Assembly: GCA_016187335.1 (NCBI GenBank) | Contig: JACPJW010000001.1 | Location: 608,001-672,000 of the forward strand | Source: Candidatus Aenigmatarchaeota archaeon | GTDB taxonomy: Archaea > Aenigmatarchaeota > Aenigmatarchaeia > GW2011-AR5 | Reading direction: 5' to 3' | Length of the DNA: 64,000 nt | In this document: in pieces, positions 1 to 9,230 of the stretch | Layout: each line of letters begins with the position of its first letter | Position numbering within the stretch: the stretch's first letter is position 1 | Made by a program: the position numbers and the translations under genes | The notes under the pieces: model-generated | Told to the model about the DNA's origin: nothing | Databases searched by the model: none | Seen by the model: only the letters and a program-made list of their open reading frames with translations

Positions 1-552
1 AACCTTCTCCCTGTCAATCACGCGGAAGGAGAAGCCGTTGCTTTCTGATAATTCACGGACTTCCTTTTCGCCCGTGAGAGACGAGAAAACCATCATGACC
101 TTGCCGTTTTCATTCAAGTGATTTTTCAAGCCTGAAAGGAATTTCCCTATCATATCCCTTCCGCCGGCGCCGCCGCTCCATTGTTCCTTGCCCTTGATGC
201 CTGCTCCGTCGGGCAGATACGGCGGATTGAAGGCGATGAAGTCATACTTATCATCGATAGCCGAGAAAACGTCGGACACAACTGCCTTCAATTTTACTTC
301 ATTGCTCTCGGCATTCTTCCTCGTTATTTCCACAGCTTCGCCGTTTATGTCAGCAGCTGTTACTGCTCCCCCTTTTTTTGCCATGAGCACGGCAAGCAGC
401 CCGGATCCGCATCCCATGTCAAGGCATTTTTTCCCGCTCAGGGTTTTCATTTCCAAGTGTTTTGCAGCCAGCAGCGAATCTTCCCGGGGTTCGTATACGT
501 CTTCGGGGATTTCCAGGGAAATGTCATCATAAAAGAACGGAGAATTTTTCAT
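1..552 (-). CDS. HemK2/PrmC-type SAM-dependent N5-glutamine methyltransferase, 3' end outside window
   Basis: Not in ORF track. Manual translation MKNSPFFYDDISLEIPEDVYEPREDS...CLDMGCGSG...FNPPY; frame is open to the window edge. Confidence 0.85.
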   Translation of the reverse strand, partial: MKNSPFFYDDISLEIPEDVYEPREDSLLAAKHLEMKTLSGKKCLDMGCGSGLLAVLMAKKGGAVTAADINGEAVEITRKNAESNEVKLKAVVSDVFSAIDDKYDFIAFNPPYLPDGAGIKGKEQWSGGAGGRDMIGKFLSGLKNHLNENGKVMMVFSSLTGEKEVRELSESNGFSFRVIDREKV

Positions 553-719
553 GCATATTGCCCGGGTTTCCTCTCAATTTTGTATTCGTCCGCGGGCGGA
601 TTGCCGGAATTATTTCCACCCCTTCTGCAGGTCCAGTCTTTGATGAATACGTAGCTTACTGATGCGCCCACGGCGCCCAGTCCTAATATCATCGTTACAG
701 CATTGTCATCGAGTATCAT
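549..719 (-). CDS. 56-aa single-TM small protein
   Basis: MILDDNAVTMILGLGAVGASVSYVFIK...; GAGGT RBS; TGA overlaps the ATG of the methyltransferase. Confidence 0.55.
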   Translation of the reverse strand: MILDDNAVTMILGLGAVGASVSYVFIKDWTCRRGGNNSGNPPADEYKIERKPGQYA

Positions 720-749
720 GCAGGGCTTACCTCATGCTTAAAAAGAATC

Positions 750-2420
750 ATGTTAATACTTATAAAAATGACTGTTGATTCTGTGGATGCTTTAGTAAGG
801 AAGTACGTTCTCATAAACGCGACACAGCACGCGGGCGTAGCCCAAGCTAAAAGCGTTCTTGGCAGCCTTCTGGGCGACTACCCCGAACTGCGGGATAAGG
901 TCTTGGAGCTCCGCTACAAGGTGGAGCGCGCAGCGGAAGAAATCAACAATATGGGTCCCGAAAAGCAGAAAGCAGAGCTGCAAAAATTAGGCGGTTACGT
1001 CGAAACCGCCAAGCGCGTTGAAAGAAAAGGCCTGCCGGACCTTGAAAGGAAAGACAGCTTCGTTGTGCGTTTTGCGCCCAACCCAGACGGCGCGCTGCAC
1101 CTGGGGAACGCAAGGCCCGCGATATTGTGCGACGAGTACGCGAAGAGGTACAAAGGGCGCTTCATTTTGCGGTTTGATGATACCGACCCCAAAATCAAAA
1201 CCCCGGAAAAGGCTTTCTATAAATGGATAAGGGATGACTTGAAATGGCTCAAGGTGCGCGTGCACAAAGAGGCCATTGCGTCAAAACGCCTGCCGGTATA
1301 CTACAAATACGCCGAGCTTCTGGTGAAAGCCGGCGCCGCTTACGTATGCACGTGCGGCGATGATTGGAAGAAGCTCCGGGACAATTCAAAGGCATGCAAA
1401 TGCCGCAGCATAGATGCAAAAACGCAGCTGCGGCGCTGGAGGAGCATGCTTCAGCACAAATATAAGGAAGGAGAAGCGGTCCTGCGCATAAAGACGGACC
1501 TTGACGCGAAAAATCCTGCCGTGCGCGACTGGGCGGCCATGCGCATTGTCGACAAGCCGAGCCATCCTTTTTCCGGCAAGAAGTTATGGCCGCTTTACAA
1601 TTTCGCCTCAGCCATTGACGACAAACTGCTGGGAACAACGCACATTTTCCGCGGGCAGGAGCACAGCACAAACGAGGTGAAGCAGCGCTATTTGTACGAG
1701 CACTTCAAGTGGGAATATCCTGTTGTCGTGACACTGGGTCGCTTTTCCCTGTCAGGCATGGTCCTGAGCAAGTCGCAGATAAGGGAAGGAATAGAAAAGC
1801 GGGTCTACAGGGGTTGGGACGACCTCAGGCTGGGGACGCTGCGGTCTTTAAAGAGAAGAGGCTTCCAGCCCGAAGCACTCAGGGAAATCATTGTTGAGGT
1901 CGGGCCGAAGCCCAGTGATATTACAATATCGCAGGAGAATTTAGCAGCGTACAACAGGAAGATCATAGACAGGACGGCGAATAGGTATTTTTTCATACCT
2001 AACCCGAAGAAAATCACGGTGAAAAACATCAAAATAAAATCAGCTAAACTGCCTTTGCATCCGGAAGCAAAGCGGGGCTGGCGCCTGTTCAAGGTCGGCA
2101 AGATTTTCTACATAGACCAGGAGGACTTCAACAGCTACAAGGGCCAGGACGTGCGGCTGAAGGAGTTGTGCAACATCAAGCTCGGCGATGTCAGCGAATA
2201 CGCAGGCAGCGAACTGAAATCAATACCGAAAATACAGTGGGTGCCTGAAAAGCACCTGCCTGTCCACGTCAAGTTCCCCGAGCGCGAAGTGAAAGGCTAT
2301 GGAGAAATGAACTTAACGAAAGCGAAAACAGGCGATATAGTCCAGTTTGAGCGCTTCGGCTTCGTCCGCTTGGAAAAAGTAGGGAAAAAATTAGTTGTCG
2401 CCGTCTGGTGCCATGAGTGA
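750..2420 (+). CDS. gltX: Glutamyl-tRNA synthetase, archaeal type
   Basis: RFAPNPDGALHLGN (HIGH-like), LRFDDTDP, LSKS (KMSKS-like); real start may be ATG at 768. Confidence 0.95.
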   Translation: MLILIKMTVDSVDALVRKYVLINATQHAGVAQAKSVLGSLLGDYPELRDKVLELRYKVERAAEEINNMGPEKQKAELQKLGGYVETAKRVERKGLPDLERKDSFVVRFAPNPDGALHLGNARPAILCDEYAKRYKGRFILRFDDTDPKIKTPEKAFYKWIRDDLKWLKVRVHKEAIASKRLPVYYKYAELLVKAGAAYVCTCGDDWKKLRDNSKACKCRSIDAKTQLRRWRSMLQHKYKEGEAVLRIKTDLDAKNPAVRDWAAMRIVDKPSHPFSGKKLWPLYNFASAIDDKLLGTTHIFRGQEHSTNEVKQRYLYEHFKWEYPVVVTLGRFSLSGMVLSKSQIREGIEKRVYRGWDDLRLGTLRSLKRRGFQPEALREIIVEVGPKPSDITISQENLAAYNRKIIDRTANRYFFIPNPKKITVKNIKIKSAKLPLHPEAKRGWRLFKVGKIFYIDQEDFNSYKGQDVRLKELCNIKLGDVSEYAGSELKSIPKIQWVPEKHLPVHVKFPEREVKGYGEMNLTKAKTGDIVQFERFGFVRLEKVGKKLVVAVWCHE

Positions 2421-2434
2421 AGAATTAAAGATAT

Positions 2435-3196
2435 TCAGTGATATGGAGCTTCTTTTCTTGCCAGATCAACAAGGGATTTTCTTAAATCTGCTATAGTATC
2501 TTTTATAGGGCGGCTTGGGCCATCCTTTATAACATCTGGATTCACTGCTGACCGAACGTGTTGTCCGTAATGCTGCGTGAGCATAGCGTATATTTCATCA
2601 TTCCTGTATGGAGGAAAGCGGAAAATCCGGTAATCTCTGGGCCATTCGTTTTGTACGACCTCAAATCCTTCCGGACTTACAAAATATATTTCATTGATCG
2701 CCATAGAAAGTGCAGGGTCCTGGGCACCTCTACCGGTCTTTACATCCCTCATCGTATTTACAGCTATGCGGACTTCTGATTCGTATTCAGCCCAGGATGT
2801 ATAAACCAAGGGGGAGGACATGTCTATCAATGGCGCCACAGATACGCGATTTTTTTGCAGTTCCTTTAAAATTTCATCTAGAGATCTCCACTTGTCTTGA
2901 TGAAGTATTTTTTTCGCTAATTTCCTTCTTTGGGGCTCTTCTAAGCCAATATAGCTTAGTAGAAAATTCGCAAATCCCATTAGTGTGGTGCAACCCTGAC
3001 CTTTCTCGATGAGGACAGCAGTGCATGGCGCATCTGCACGCAGAATTTGCTCTATTATATTTTCGCGCGATGAATCCGCATAAAATTTAAGGTCGAATTC
3101 ATCACCTTTGATAGGAGGCAAATAAGGAAATTCGTCAGGAAGCCCCCTCATTCTTTTCCATCGGTGAAAACTTTTTTCCTCCGGGTTCGGTTCCAT
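2435..3196 (-). CDS. Hypothetical protein, degenerate AAA+/Cdc6-like
   Basis: 253-aa ORF; IEKGQGCTT (eroded Walker A), PLIDM, FPPYRNDEIYAML. Confidence 0.55.
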   Translation of the reverse strand: MEPNPEEKSFHRWKRMRGLPDEFPYLPPIKGDEFDLKFYADSSRENIIEQILRADAPCTAVLIEKGQGCTTLMGFANFLLSYIGLEEPQRRKLAKKILHQDKWRSLDEILKELQKNRVSVAPLIDMSSPLVYTSWAEYESEVRIAVNTMRDVKTGRGAQDPALSMAINEIYFVSPEGFEVVQNEWPRDYRIFRFPPYRNDEIYAMLTQHYGQHVRSAVNPDVIKDGPSRPIKDTIADLRKSLVDLARKEAPYH

Positions 3197-3197
3197 A

Positions 3198-3716
3198 CTA
3201 CAAACTCCTGTTTTGCAAATATTCTTCCCTTGTTAGCCTCGCAGCATCAAACATCCTATTAGGCGGGTTTAGAAAAGTAACATAATCTGTGTTGCCTTTC
3301 ACGACTGTTCCGACAGGCCTGTTTATTATCTCGGTTTCTGCCATGGCACCGCGTCCGTCATAGGTTCTAACCGGCACAACGACAGGTTCGTACCAAATCG
3401 GGCATATTTCCCATGCCTTAACCAGATATCTTTCTTCTCTTGTTATGTTCCAAAGACGGCCTCTGACAGCGGAACCTTTCTTTGGTCTTATTCCGTAACT
3501 TCTGAAATCACGGTCCCAGGTTTGCGCGAGTATTTTCCTGACTTCAGGAGGTATATCGCCCCATTCCTGAACAACAAGCTCGTAATCGTGCAAGACAGCA
3601 AGAATCCCTGATGGTCTCTCGCCTACGATAGCTTTCATCATTCTCGGCGATTTGTTCGCCCCGTAACCGAAATACTTGACCATTTTGATAGTCAAAGCAG
3701 ATAACCTTAAATGCAT
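3198..3716 (-). CDS. Gamma-glutamylcyclotransferase (GGCT/AIG2-like) family protein
   Basis: YFGYGAN motif, GRLWNI, WEICPIWY. Confidence 0.7.
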   Translation of the reverse strand: MHLRLSALTIKMVKYFGYGANKSPRMMKAIVGERPSGILAVLHDYELVVQEWGDIPPEVRKILAQTWDRDFRSYGIRPKKGSAVRGRLWNITREERYLVKAWEICPIWYEPVVVPVRTYDGRGAMAETEIINRPVGTVVKGNTDYVTFLNPPNRMFDAARLTREEYLQNRSL

Positions 3717-3767
3717 TTCAAACTTCAGCCAAATCTATTTATTCCGCTCTGACGATTTAATTATTCG

Positions 3768-4058
3768 GTGATTTTTATGCCTGAAACTAAAGACGAATTA
3801 ATCGAGTTCTACGGCACGGAATGCCCGCACTGCAGGGACATGGAGCCGTTAATGGCGCGGCTGGAAAAGGAAACCGGAAAGAAGGTGAAGCGCTTTGAGG
3901 TGTGGCACAACGCAGAGAACGCGAAGCTGATGCAGAAATACGACCCCAGCGGCATCAGATGCGGCGGAGTGCCGTTCTTCTTCAACAAAAAGAGCGGAAA
4001 ATGGATCTGCGGCTCGACCGGCTGGGAAAAGTTCAGGGCCTGGGCAGAGGGGAAATAA
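3768..4058 (+). CDS. Thioredoxin/glutaredoxin-fold protein
   Basis: CPHC active site, GVPFF cis-Pro motif. Confidence 0.85.
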   Translation: MIFMPETKDELIEFYGTECPHCRDMEPLMARLEKETGKKVKRFEVWHNAENAKLMQKYDPSGIRCGGVPFFFNKKSGKWICGSTGWEKFRAWAEGK

Positions 4059-4125
4059 CGGCTTTGAGGCGCAGTTTGATTGGTTTAAATTACTATTGTG
4101 GCGACAATAAAATTAGTGTAACAAT

Positions 4126-4419
4126 ATGCGCGGGAAGAATATCGCCGGATCAGTCGCGGCATGGCTCGTGGTTTCGGCGCCATTTATGATGCTGATTCCG
4201 GTAGTTTTGGCATCCGGCTGCACCTCCGGTCAGGCGATAAACATAAAGATTTTCTGCGAGCCATCGTGGGAGAAGCAGGGCATATTCGTTCTGGACGACG
4301 CTCAGGGCTGGGAAAACTGCAGGTCTTACTGCGTTAACAAGTACGGCACGAGAGGCCACAAGGTCGTAAGGGAAGGAGTCGGCGCCAGCTGCTTCTGCGA
4401 CGCCAATAAATGCTCCTGA
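4126..4419 (+). CDS. Small Cys-rich putative lipoprotein
   Basis: Hydrophobic N-terminus ending VLASGC; six Cys including CxxxC and CxC. Confidence 0.65.
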   Translation: MRGKNIAGSVAAWLVVSAPFMMLIPVVLASGCTSGQAINIKIFCEPSWEKQGIFVLDDAQGWENCRSYCVNKYGTRGHKVVREGVGASCFCDANKCS

Positions 4420-4495
4420 TCTTCATGCACATATTTGATTCTTGTTTCCTTTCTTGTTCTCTTGCGCATCAGGGAATGAGTTTTTCTTTCTTCAG

Positions 4496-5488
4496 TCAGA
4501 TAATCCCCGGCACGAACATGTAGCGGACTTTGTTCTTGTATTCAACGTAGTCAGGATCCGTTGACAAATGCCTTTCCTCGGTCCATGCACGGAGATAGTA
4601 GATGACTGTCCAGAAAGCCATGCCGGCAAAAACGCCGGTGCTCATCACAGGCACGGAAAGAATCCACCAGGAAATGACCTTGGACGCGTATGCGGGGTGC
4701 CTGATGTGCCTGTACGGCCACCTTGACACTATTCCCCTGTTTGTCAGGTTGCTGGATTTCGCTCCCAGGGCAAGCGTGGCGGAAAGATAAACAAGTAGAA
4801 TGAACAATACAAATAACCTTACGAAAAGCGTCGCGTAAGCCGAGCCGAAATATGCGTAGTCATTGGCGCCCCACTGGAAAAACTGCCCGGCCACGGAGTT
4901 GAAAGGCGGATAGCTTGCCAGTGCCGCGAACCACCCGAGAAAAGTCGGTTCAACGGATTTCACGTTGTTGCCGAGCGCCGAGGACTCGACGGCATACCCG
5001 AAAGCAAAATACATGGTGTCTATGAAAAATATCAGCACCAGCAGGAAAGGATAAATCCGGTCGTTGAACTTGAGTATGATGTCTTCTTCCAGAAACATGC
5101 TTCCGGACCTTTCCAGGACAGCGGAGAAATTGCCGAAGGCAAAGTTTATCATTATCGGGAGAAAAAAGAATTTTACAACCAGAAAAAGCAAAGATACTTT
5201 TTCATCTTTCAGCAAAGAAAACTTTCTGGATTTTACCGTTCTTTCCAGAAAGCCGAAAATTATGATGCCCTTTGACTTGTGTTCCTTTGGAGCGAAGAAA
5301 AGAAAGTAAGGCAGGCCGAATACCGCGTATGCCAGCGCCAGCAGAAGCAGGACATGCTGGGTATCGTCCCTCAGGAAGTTCACGTAGTATTCATACGTCC
5401 TGTAAATAAACAGCGCGGCCAGGATCAGGGCAAGGTCGGCAGCGTAATTTGTCACGCCGTTTCTGAAACGTCCAGCCAATTCAGTCAT
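4496..5488 (-). CDS. Isoprenylcysteine carboxyl methyltransferase/PEMT family membrane protein
   Basis: Multiple TM helices; C-terminal PYRHIRHPAYAS and EERHL..DPDYVEY motifs. Confidence 0.8.
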   Translation of the reverse strand: MTELAGRFRNGVTNYAADLALILAALFIYRTYEYYVNFLRDDTQHVLLLLALAYAVFGLPYFLFFAPKEHKSKGIIIFGFLERTVKSRKFSLLKDEKVSLLFLVVKFFFLPIMINFAFGNFSAVLERSGSMFLEEDIILKFNDRIYPFLLVLIFFIDTMYFAFGYAVESSALGNNVKSVEPTFLGWFAALASYPPFNSVAGQFFQWGANDYAYFGSAYATLFVRLFVLFILLVYLSATLALGAKSSNLTNRGIVSRWPYRHIRHPAYASKVISWWILSVPVMSTGVFAGMAFWTVIYYLRAWTEERHLSTDPDYVEYKNKVRYMFVPGII

Positions 5489-5494
5489 GTAGCC

Positions 5495-6565
5495 TCACTT
5501 CACCGCAGAAGCGAATATCCAGTACTCGCAGAAGGACGGTATGAAGACTTCTTTGAATTTGACGTCCCTGAAATGCCTTGGCAGTATTTTCTTTATCCGC
5601 TGGAAAGTTTCTTTGTCAAATGACGAGCAGCACTGCATGCTTATAACGCCGTCCCTGTTCAGGCTTCTGCCTATTCTGAAGAATATTTTTTCAAGGAATT
5701 CATCGCGGCCTGTTTTTGCGATTAATTCAGGATGCAGTGTCAGGTCATATATGATAGCGTCAAAGCCGCTGTTTGTTTCTAAAAACTTGTTCGCATCTTC
5801 TATAACGACCCTGGTCCTCTTGTCGTTGAAAGAGCTTTTGCATACGGATTGGAGAAATTTTCTGGATGCTTCAACAACTTCTCTGTCTATGTCCACCAGA
5901 AAGACATTTTCAGGGTTGTGCTTCAAAAGCTCGCAAAGAACGCCGCCGTCGCCGCCGCCGAGAATCGCGGCTTTGCCGGGCTTCCCTGACCCAATAACCG
6001 GATTTACAAGGGCTCTGTTGTACACGTCAGCGTCCTTTTCCGTTACCTGTATGTCCCTGTCAAGAAACAGCATCCTGCCGAAATTCTCGTTTTCTATGAT
6101 GTCTATCTGCTGGTACTTGGATTTCTTGCTGAAGATATGCTTTTTTGCATGGTACTTTACGTCAAAAAACCTTCCTGCCGGCGTGAACGCAGCCATAATG
6201 TTTTTTTCACCGGCTTCAATTGTATTTCCCCTCCGGATTTCCATGGACTTTACAGTTTTAGGCTTCAGCTTTCCTTTCAGGAAGGACAGCAGTCTTTTCT
6301 GGGCTTCGTGGCCGGAGCAGGTGAATATGTCGACGGATGCGTGGCGTGCCTCGGGGTAGGTGTGAATCAATATATGGGACTCCCCGATAATCGCCGCTAC
6401 CGTGACTCCCAGCGGGCTGAACTGGTGGCTGTTTATGCTTTTCAGGCTCATCCCGCACTTTTTTATCCCGTCTTTAAGGGTTTTTTCCAGCATTTTTTCG
6501 TCGTTCAGGATGCCTGCTGAGCAGCCAAGAAACTCCGAAATCAGATGTATTCCCAGAGGCTTCAT
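5495..6565 (-). CDS. speD-speE: Fusion of pyruvoyl AdoMet decarboxylase (SpeD/SpeH-type) and aminopropyltransferase (SpeE)
   Basis: N-terminal ESHILIHTYPE and DIFTC; C-terminal SKYQQI, LFLD, GGGDGG. Confidence 0.85.
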   Translation of the reverse strand: MKPLGIHLISEFLGCSAGILNDEKMLEKTLKDGIKKCGMSLKSINSHQFSPLGVTVAAIIGESHILIHTYPEARHASVDIFTCSGHEAQKRLLSFLKGKLKPKTVKSMEIRRGNTIEAGEKNIMAAFTPAGRFFDVKYHAKKHIFSKKSKYQQIDIIENENFGRMLFLDRDIQVTEKDADVYNRALVNPVIGSGKPGKAAILGGGDGGVLCELLKHNPENVFLVDIDREVVEASRKFLQSVCKSSFNDKRTRVVIEDANKFLETNSGFDAIIYDLTLHPELIAKTGRDEFLEKIFFRIGRSLNRDGVISMQCCSSFDKETFQRIKKILPRHFRDVKFKEVFIPSFCEYWIFASAVK

Positions 6566-6593
6566 GGATGATAGTTTGGCTAATGTTTATAAA

Positions 6594-6770
6594 AATCAAT
6601 CCACCATCTAAAGATAGTGGTATTTCAGAGAAATACCATATATTTTATAGTGGATTGATTTTATACAGCATAAACCGAAGGTTTATGCGTACATGAGAAG
6701 CAAAGCTTCTCATTGTACAGGAGAATACCATCATAATACCACTGTTTAAAAATAGTGGTATTCTCCATGT
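6594..6770. mobile_element. Orphan IS200/IS605- or HEARO-like multi-hairpin element, copy A
   Basis: AATCAATCCAC(6594)/GTGGATTGATT(6650) stem encloses CCACCATCTAAAGATAGTGG and TGGTATTTC-AGA-GAAATACCA; more hairpins follow; homologous to 9041-9212. Confidence 0.6.
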
Positions 6771-6883
6771 ATAAAAAACTTCTTCAGTAAGTTCTGTAAA
6801 ATTTTTAATAGAAGAATGAGTAATAAATTATAAGATTCCTGATAAGGGATGAGAATAAAAGGGGAGAAAAGGAGGCGAAAAAT

Positions 6884-7024
6884 ATGGGTGTTTACGAATT
6901 CCTGTACATTATGCCGTTTGTTGTCGTATTCTACCTGATTCTTGTCATTTTCACACCGCTCTCGTTCGACTGGCTGTGGTTTGCTTTGGCGTGGATATTC
7001 GATCTGATTGATTACGTGATATAA
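6884..7024 (+). CDS. 46-aa membrane microprotein
   Basis: GGAGG RBS; MGVYEFLYIMPFVVVFYLILVIFTPLSFDWLWFALAWIFDLIDYVI. Confidence 0.6.
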   Translation: MGVYEFLYIMPFVVVFYLILVIFTPLSFDWLWFALAWIFDLIDYVI

Positions 7025-7033
7025 GGCGTATAA

Positions 7034-7618
7034 TTATCTGAGAGCCTTGAGAATTTCCTTCTCTCTAACAGGTCCTCTGCGCAGCACTTTTTTTCTTGCA
7101 ACATCGTAAATAGTGCTGGGCTTTTTTCTTGGCAAATCACCCGCGTCAATTATCAAATCAACGGAGCCGCCGAAAATACGCAAAACGTCCTTTACCTTAT
7201 ACAGAGGCGGCTTGCCGCTTATATTGGCAGATGTTGCTGTTATTGGCTTCCTGTATTGTTTTGCCAGAGAAAGGGCAAAGGGGCGGGAAGGAATCCGGAA
7301 TGCAATCGTTCCGCCTTTCCTTGCCGGCACAACAAGCGTCAGCGGCCCTGGCATGAATTTTCTTATCAGGGCGGAAGCATTTTTGTCGATTACAGCGTAT
7401 TTTCTGATTGCTGCAATGCTGCCGAATATTACTGGCAATTTTCTGCCTTTGGTTCTGCCCTTTATTCGGAAAATCCTTCTGACTGCTTTTTCATTGCCAA
7501 AGTCGGCGCCGATGCCGTAGCTGCTTTCCGTCGGATAGATTATCAAGCCGCCTTGCCTCATGACCCGCAAAGCGTATTTCACGGCGTTCCTGTTGCCTGC
7601 CTTGATTAACATTGCCAT
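7034..7618 (-). CDS. sua5: L-threonylcarbamoyladenylate synthase (TsaC/Sua5, single domain)
   Basis: YPTESSYG, IKGR, PGPLT, TSANISG. Confidence 0.93.
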   Translation of the reverse strand: MAMLIKAGNRNAVKYALRVMRQGGLIIYPTESSYGIGADFGNEKAVRRIFRIKGRTKGRKLPVIFGSIAAIRKYAVIDKNASALIRKFMPGPLTLVVPARKGGTIAFRIPSRPFALSLAKQYRKPITATSANISGKPPLYKVKDVLRIFGGSVDLIIDAGDLPRKKPSTIYDVARKKVLRRGPVREKEILKALR

Positions 7619-7625
7619 GAACAGC

Positions 7626-8006
7626 TCATCCTGTGATTATTTCCTGCTGCTTCGCAAGCCTGCCGTTAACGAAGACCTTTACCGTGTAGGTGCCGTTGCC
7701 GGATTTAAAGGAAGAATAGAAGTCATGCCCGCCTACGCACTGTATGCATACGCCGCCTTTTGAAACAGTCTCGATTTTTATCACGGCTTCGTTGCCGGAT
7801 TTCTCGCCGCTGACTTTCAGGTCATAGCACGGCGTTGGTGTGGTAATGATGCCAGAAACAATTACTTCCGAGATGTTCCCTTCTATTTCAATATTTTCCT
7901 CGCCTGCAGCGCATCCGCTTTTTGAAGCGAAGGCGAAATCTTCGAGCGGCTGGACGCAGCCTGATACCAGGACTGCAGCCAGCAGGATTGCAGAAAGGTT
8001 TTTCAT
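7626..8006 (-). CDS. Putative lipoprotein
   Basis: MKNLSAILLAAVLVSGC lipobox; start moved to ATG 8006. Confidence 0.65.
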   Translation of the reverse strand: MKNLSAILLAAVLVSGCVQPLEDFAFASKSGCAAGEENIEIEGNISEVIVSGIITTPTPCYDLKVSGEKSGNEAVIKIETVSKGGVCIQCVGGHDFYSSFKSGNGTYTVKVFVNGRLAKQQEIITG

Positions 8007-8032
8007 GAGAATTAATTGGATGGAAAAAGGTT

Positions 8033-9007
8033 TTATCCTTCCATCCACATTATCTCCGCCTCGTCAACGCGCCATTTTGAATCAAAATCAAGTTTCTTCG
8101 TCCTATGCCCGCTCCTGTAAGCAAGGAATCCTGCGACAGCTATCATTATGCCGTTATCGCCCGAGTATTCCTTCGGGCACAAAAATGCTGACGCATTCCT
8201 TTCTTTGCACATTATTGAAATCATTTCCTGAAGCCGCTCGGAAGCAGCTACGCCGCCGGTGAGCAGGACTTCTTTTTTTTCTGAATGCGCAAGCGCGCGC
8301 TCTGTTACTTCCGTAAGCATCGCATAGCAAGTTTCCTGGAATGAGAAGCACAGGTCAGAGATGTCAGCGCCGCGCTTGTATTTTTCCATGGCAGCCGTCA
8401 GAATGCCCGAGAACGACAGGTCCATACCCTTGACAACGTAAGGCAGTTCTATGTAATTCCTGCCTTTACTTGCCAGATGCTCCATTGCAGGGCCGCCGGG
8501 ATATCCGCCGACTGTTTCCCTGATAAATGTGTCAATGGCGTTGCCCACGGCTATGTCCTGCGTCTCGCCAAAGACGCGGTAACGCCCTGATGCGTAGCCG
8601 ATTACCTGCGTGTTGCCGCCGCTCGTGTACAGAACAACCGGGTCCTTTGCTTTTGTCAGCATTTTCGCTATTTCAATGTGTGCGACTGGGTGATTCACGG
8701 CAACGACAGGCTTCTTCGTTTCGCGCCGCAGTTTCTTGACGAAATCCAGCCCGACCCGAAGGCACGGCGGCAGCCCGGGTCCCGCCGCATATGCAAGCAA
8801 ATCCAAATCGGAAAGTCCAATCCCTGCTTCATTCAGCGCTTTAGCGAGAATTTCTTCCTTTGCATTTTCGTGGTGCTTCGCGGCTTCTGCTGGGTGAATG
8901 CCGCCCTTCAGCGGTTTGTAAACGCTGCGTGCATCGGCAAGAATTTTGCCGTCAAATATGCCGATGCCGAAAGTGTGCGCCGTGCTTTCAATCCCGAGGA
9001 TTAGCAT
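8033..9007 (-). CDS. kae1: KEOPS N6-threonylcarbamoyltransferase Kae1
   Basis: GIESTAHT, GGIHP, GPG, NHPVAH, SGGNT, DNGIMIA. Confidence 0.95.
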   Translation of the reverse strand: MLILGIESTAHTFGIGIFDGKILADARSVYKPLKGGIHPAEAAKHHENAKEEILAKALNEAGIGLSDLDLLAYAAGPGLPPCLRVGLDFVKKLRRETKKPVVAVNHPVAHIEIAKMLTKAKDPVVLYTSGGNTQVIGYASGRYRVFGETQDIAVGNAIDTFIRETVGGYPGGPAMEHLASKGRNYIELPYVVKGMDLSFSGILTAAMEKYKRGADISDLCFSFQETCYAMLTEVTERALAHSEKKEVLLTGGVAASERLQEMISIMCKERNASAFLCPKEYSGDNGIMIAVAGFLAYRSGHRTKKLDFDSKWRVDEAEIMWMEG

Positions 9008-9040
9008 ATCTTAATCACCGTTTTGATACGAGAACATACT

Positions 9041-9212
9041 ACCTATCTTCAGATTCATGGTTAGCAAAGCTAACCTGAATCTCCAAGATAACTCTGTTAT
9101 CTTAGGAGATGGTGGTATTAAAGTGGTATGTTCTGTATAACATAATCCACAAATAAAATATGTGGTATTTCTCCGAAATACCACCGACTTTAGTCGGTGG
9201 ATTATGTTTATA
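9041..9212. mobile_element. Orphan IS200/IS605- or HEARO-like multi-hairpin element, copy B (inverted relative to A)
   Basis: CCACCGACTTTAGTCGGTGG at 9181, GTGGTATTTC/GAAATACCAC, outer CATAATCCAC/GTGGATTATG stem. Confidence 0.6.
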
Positions 9213-9230
9213 GAACTTTTCTGAAAAGTT

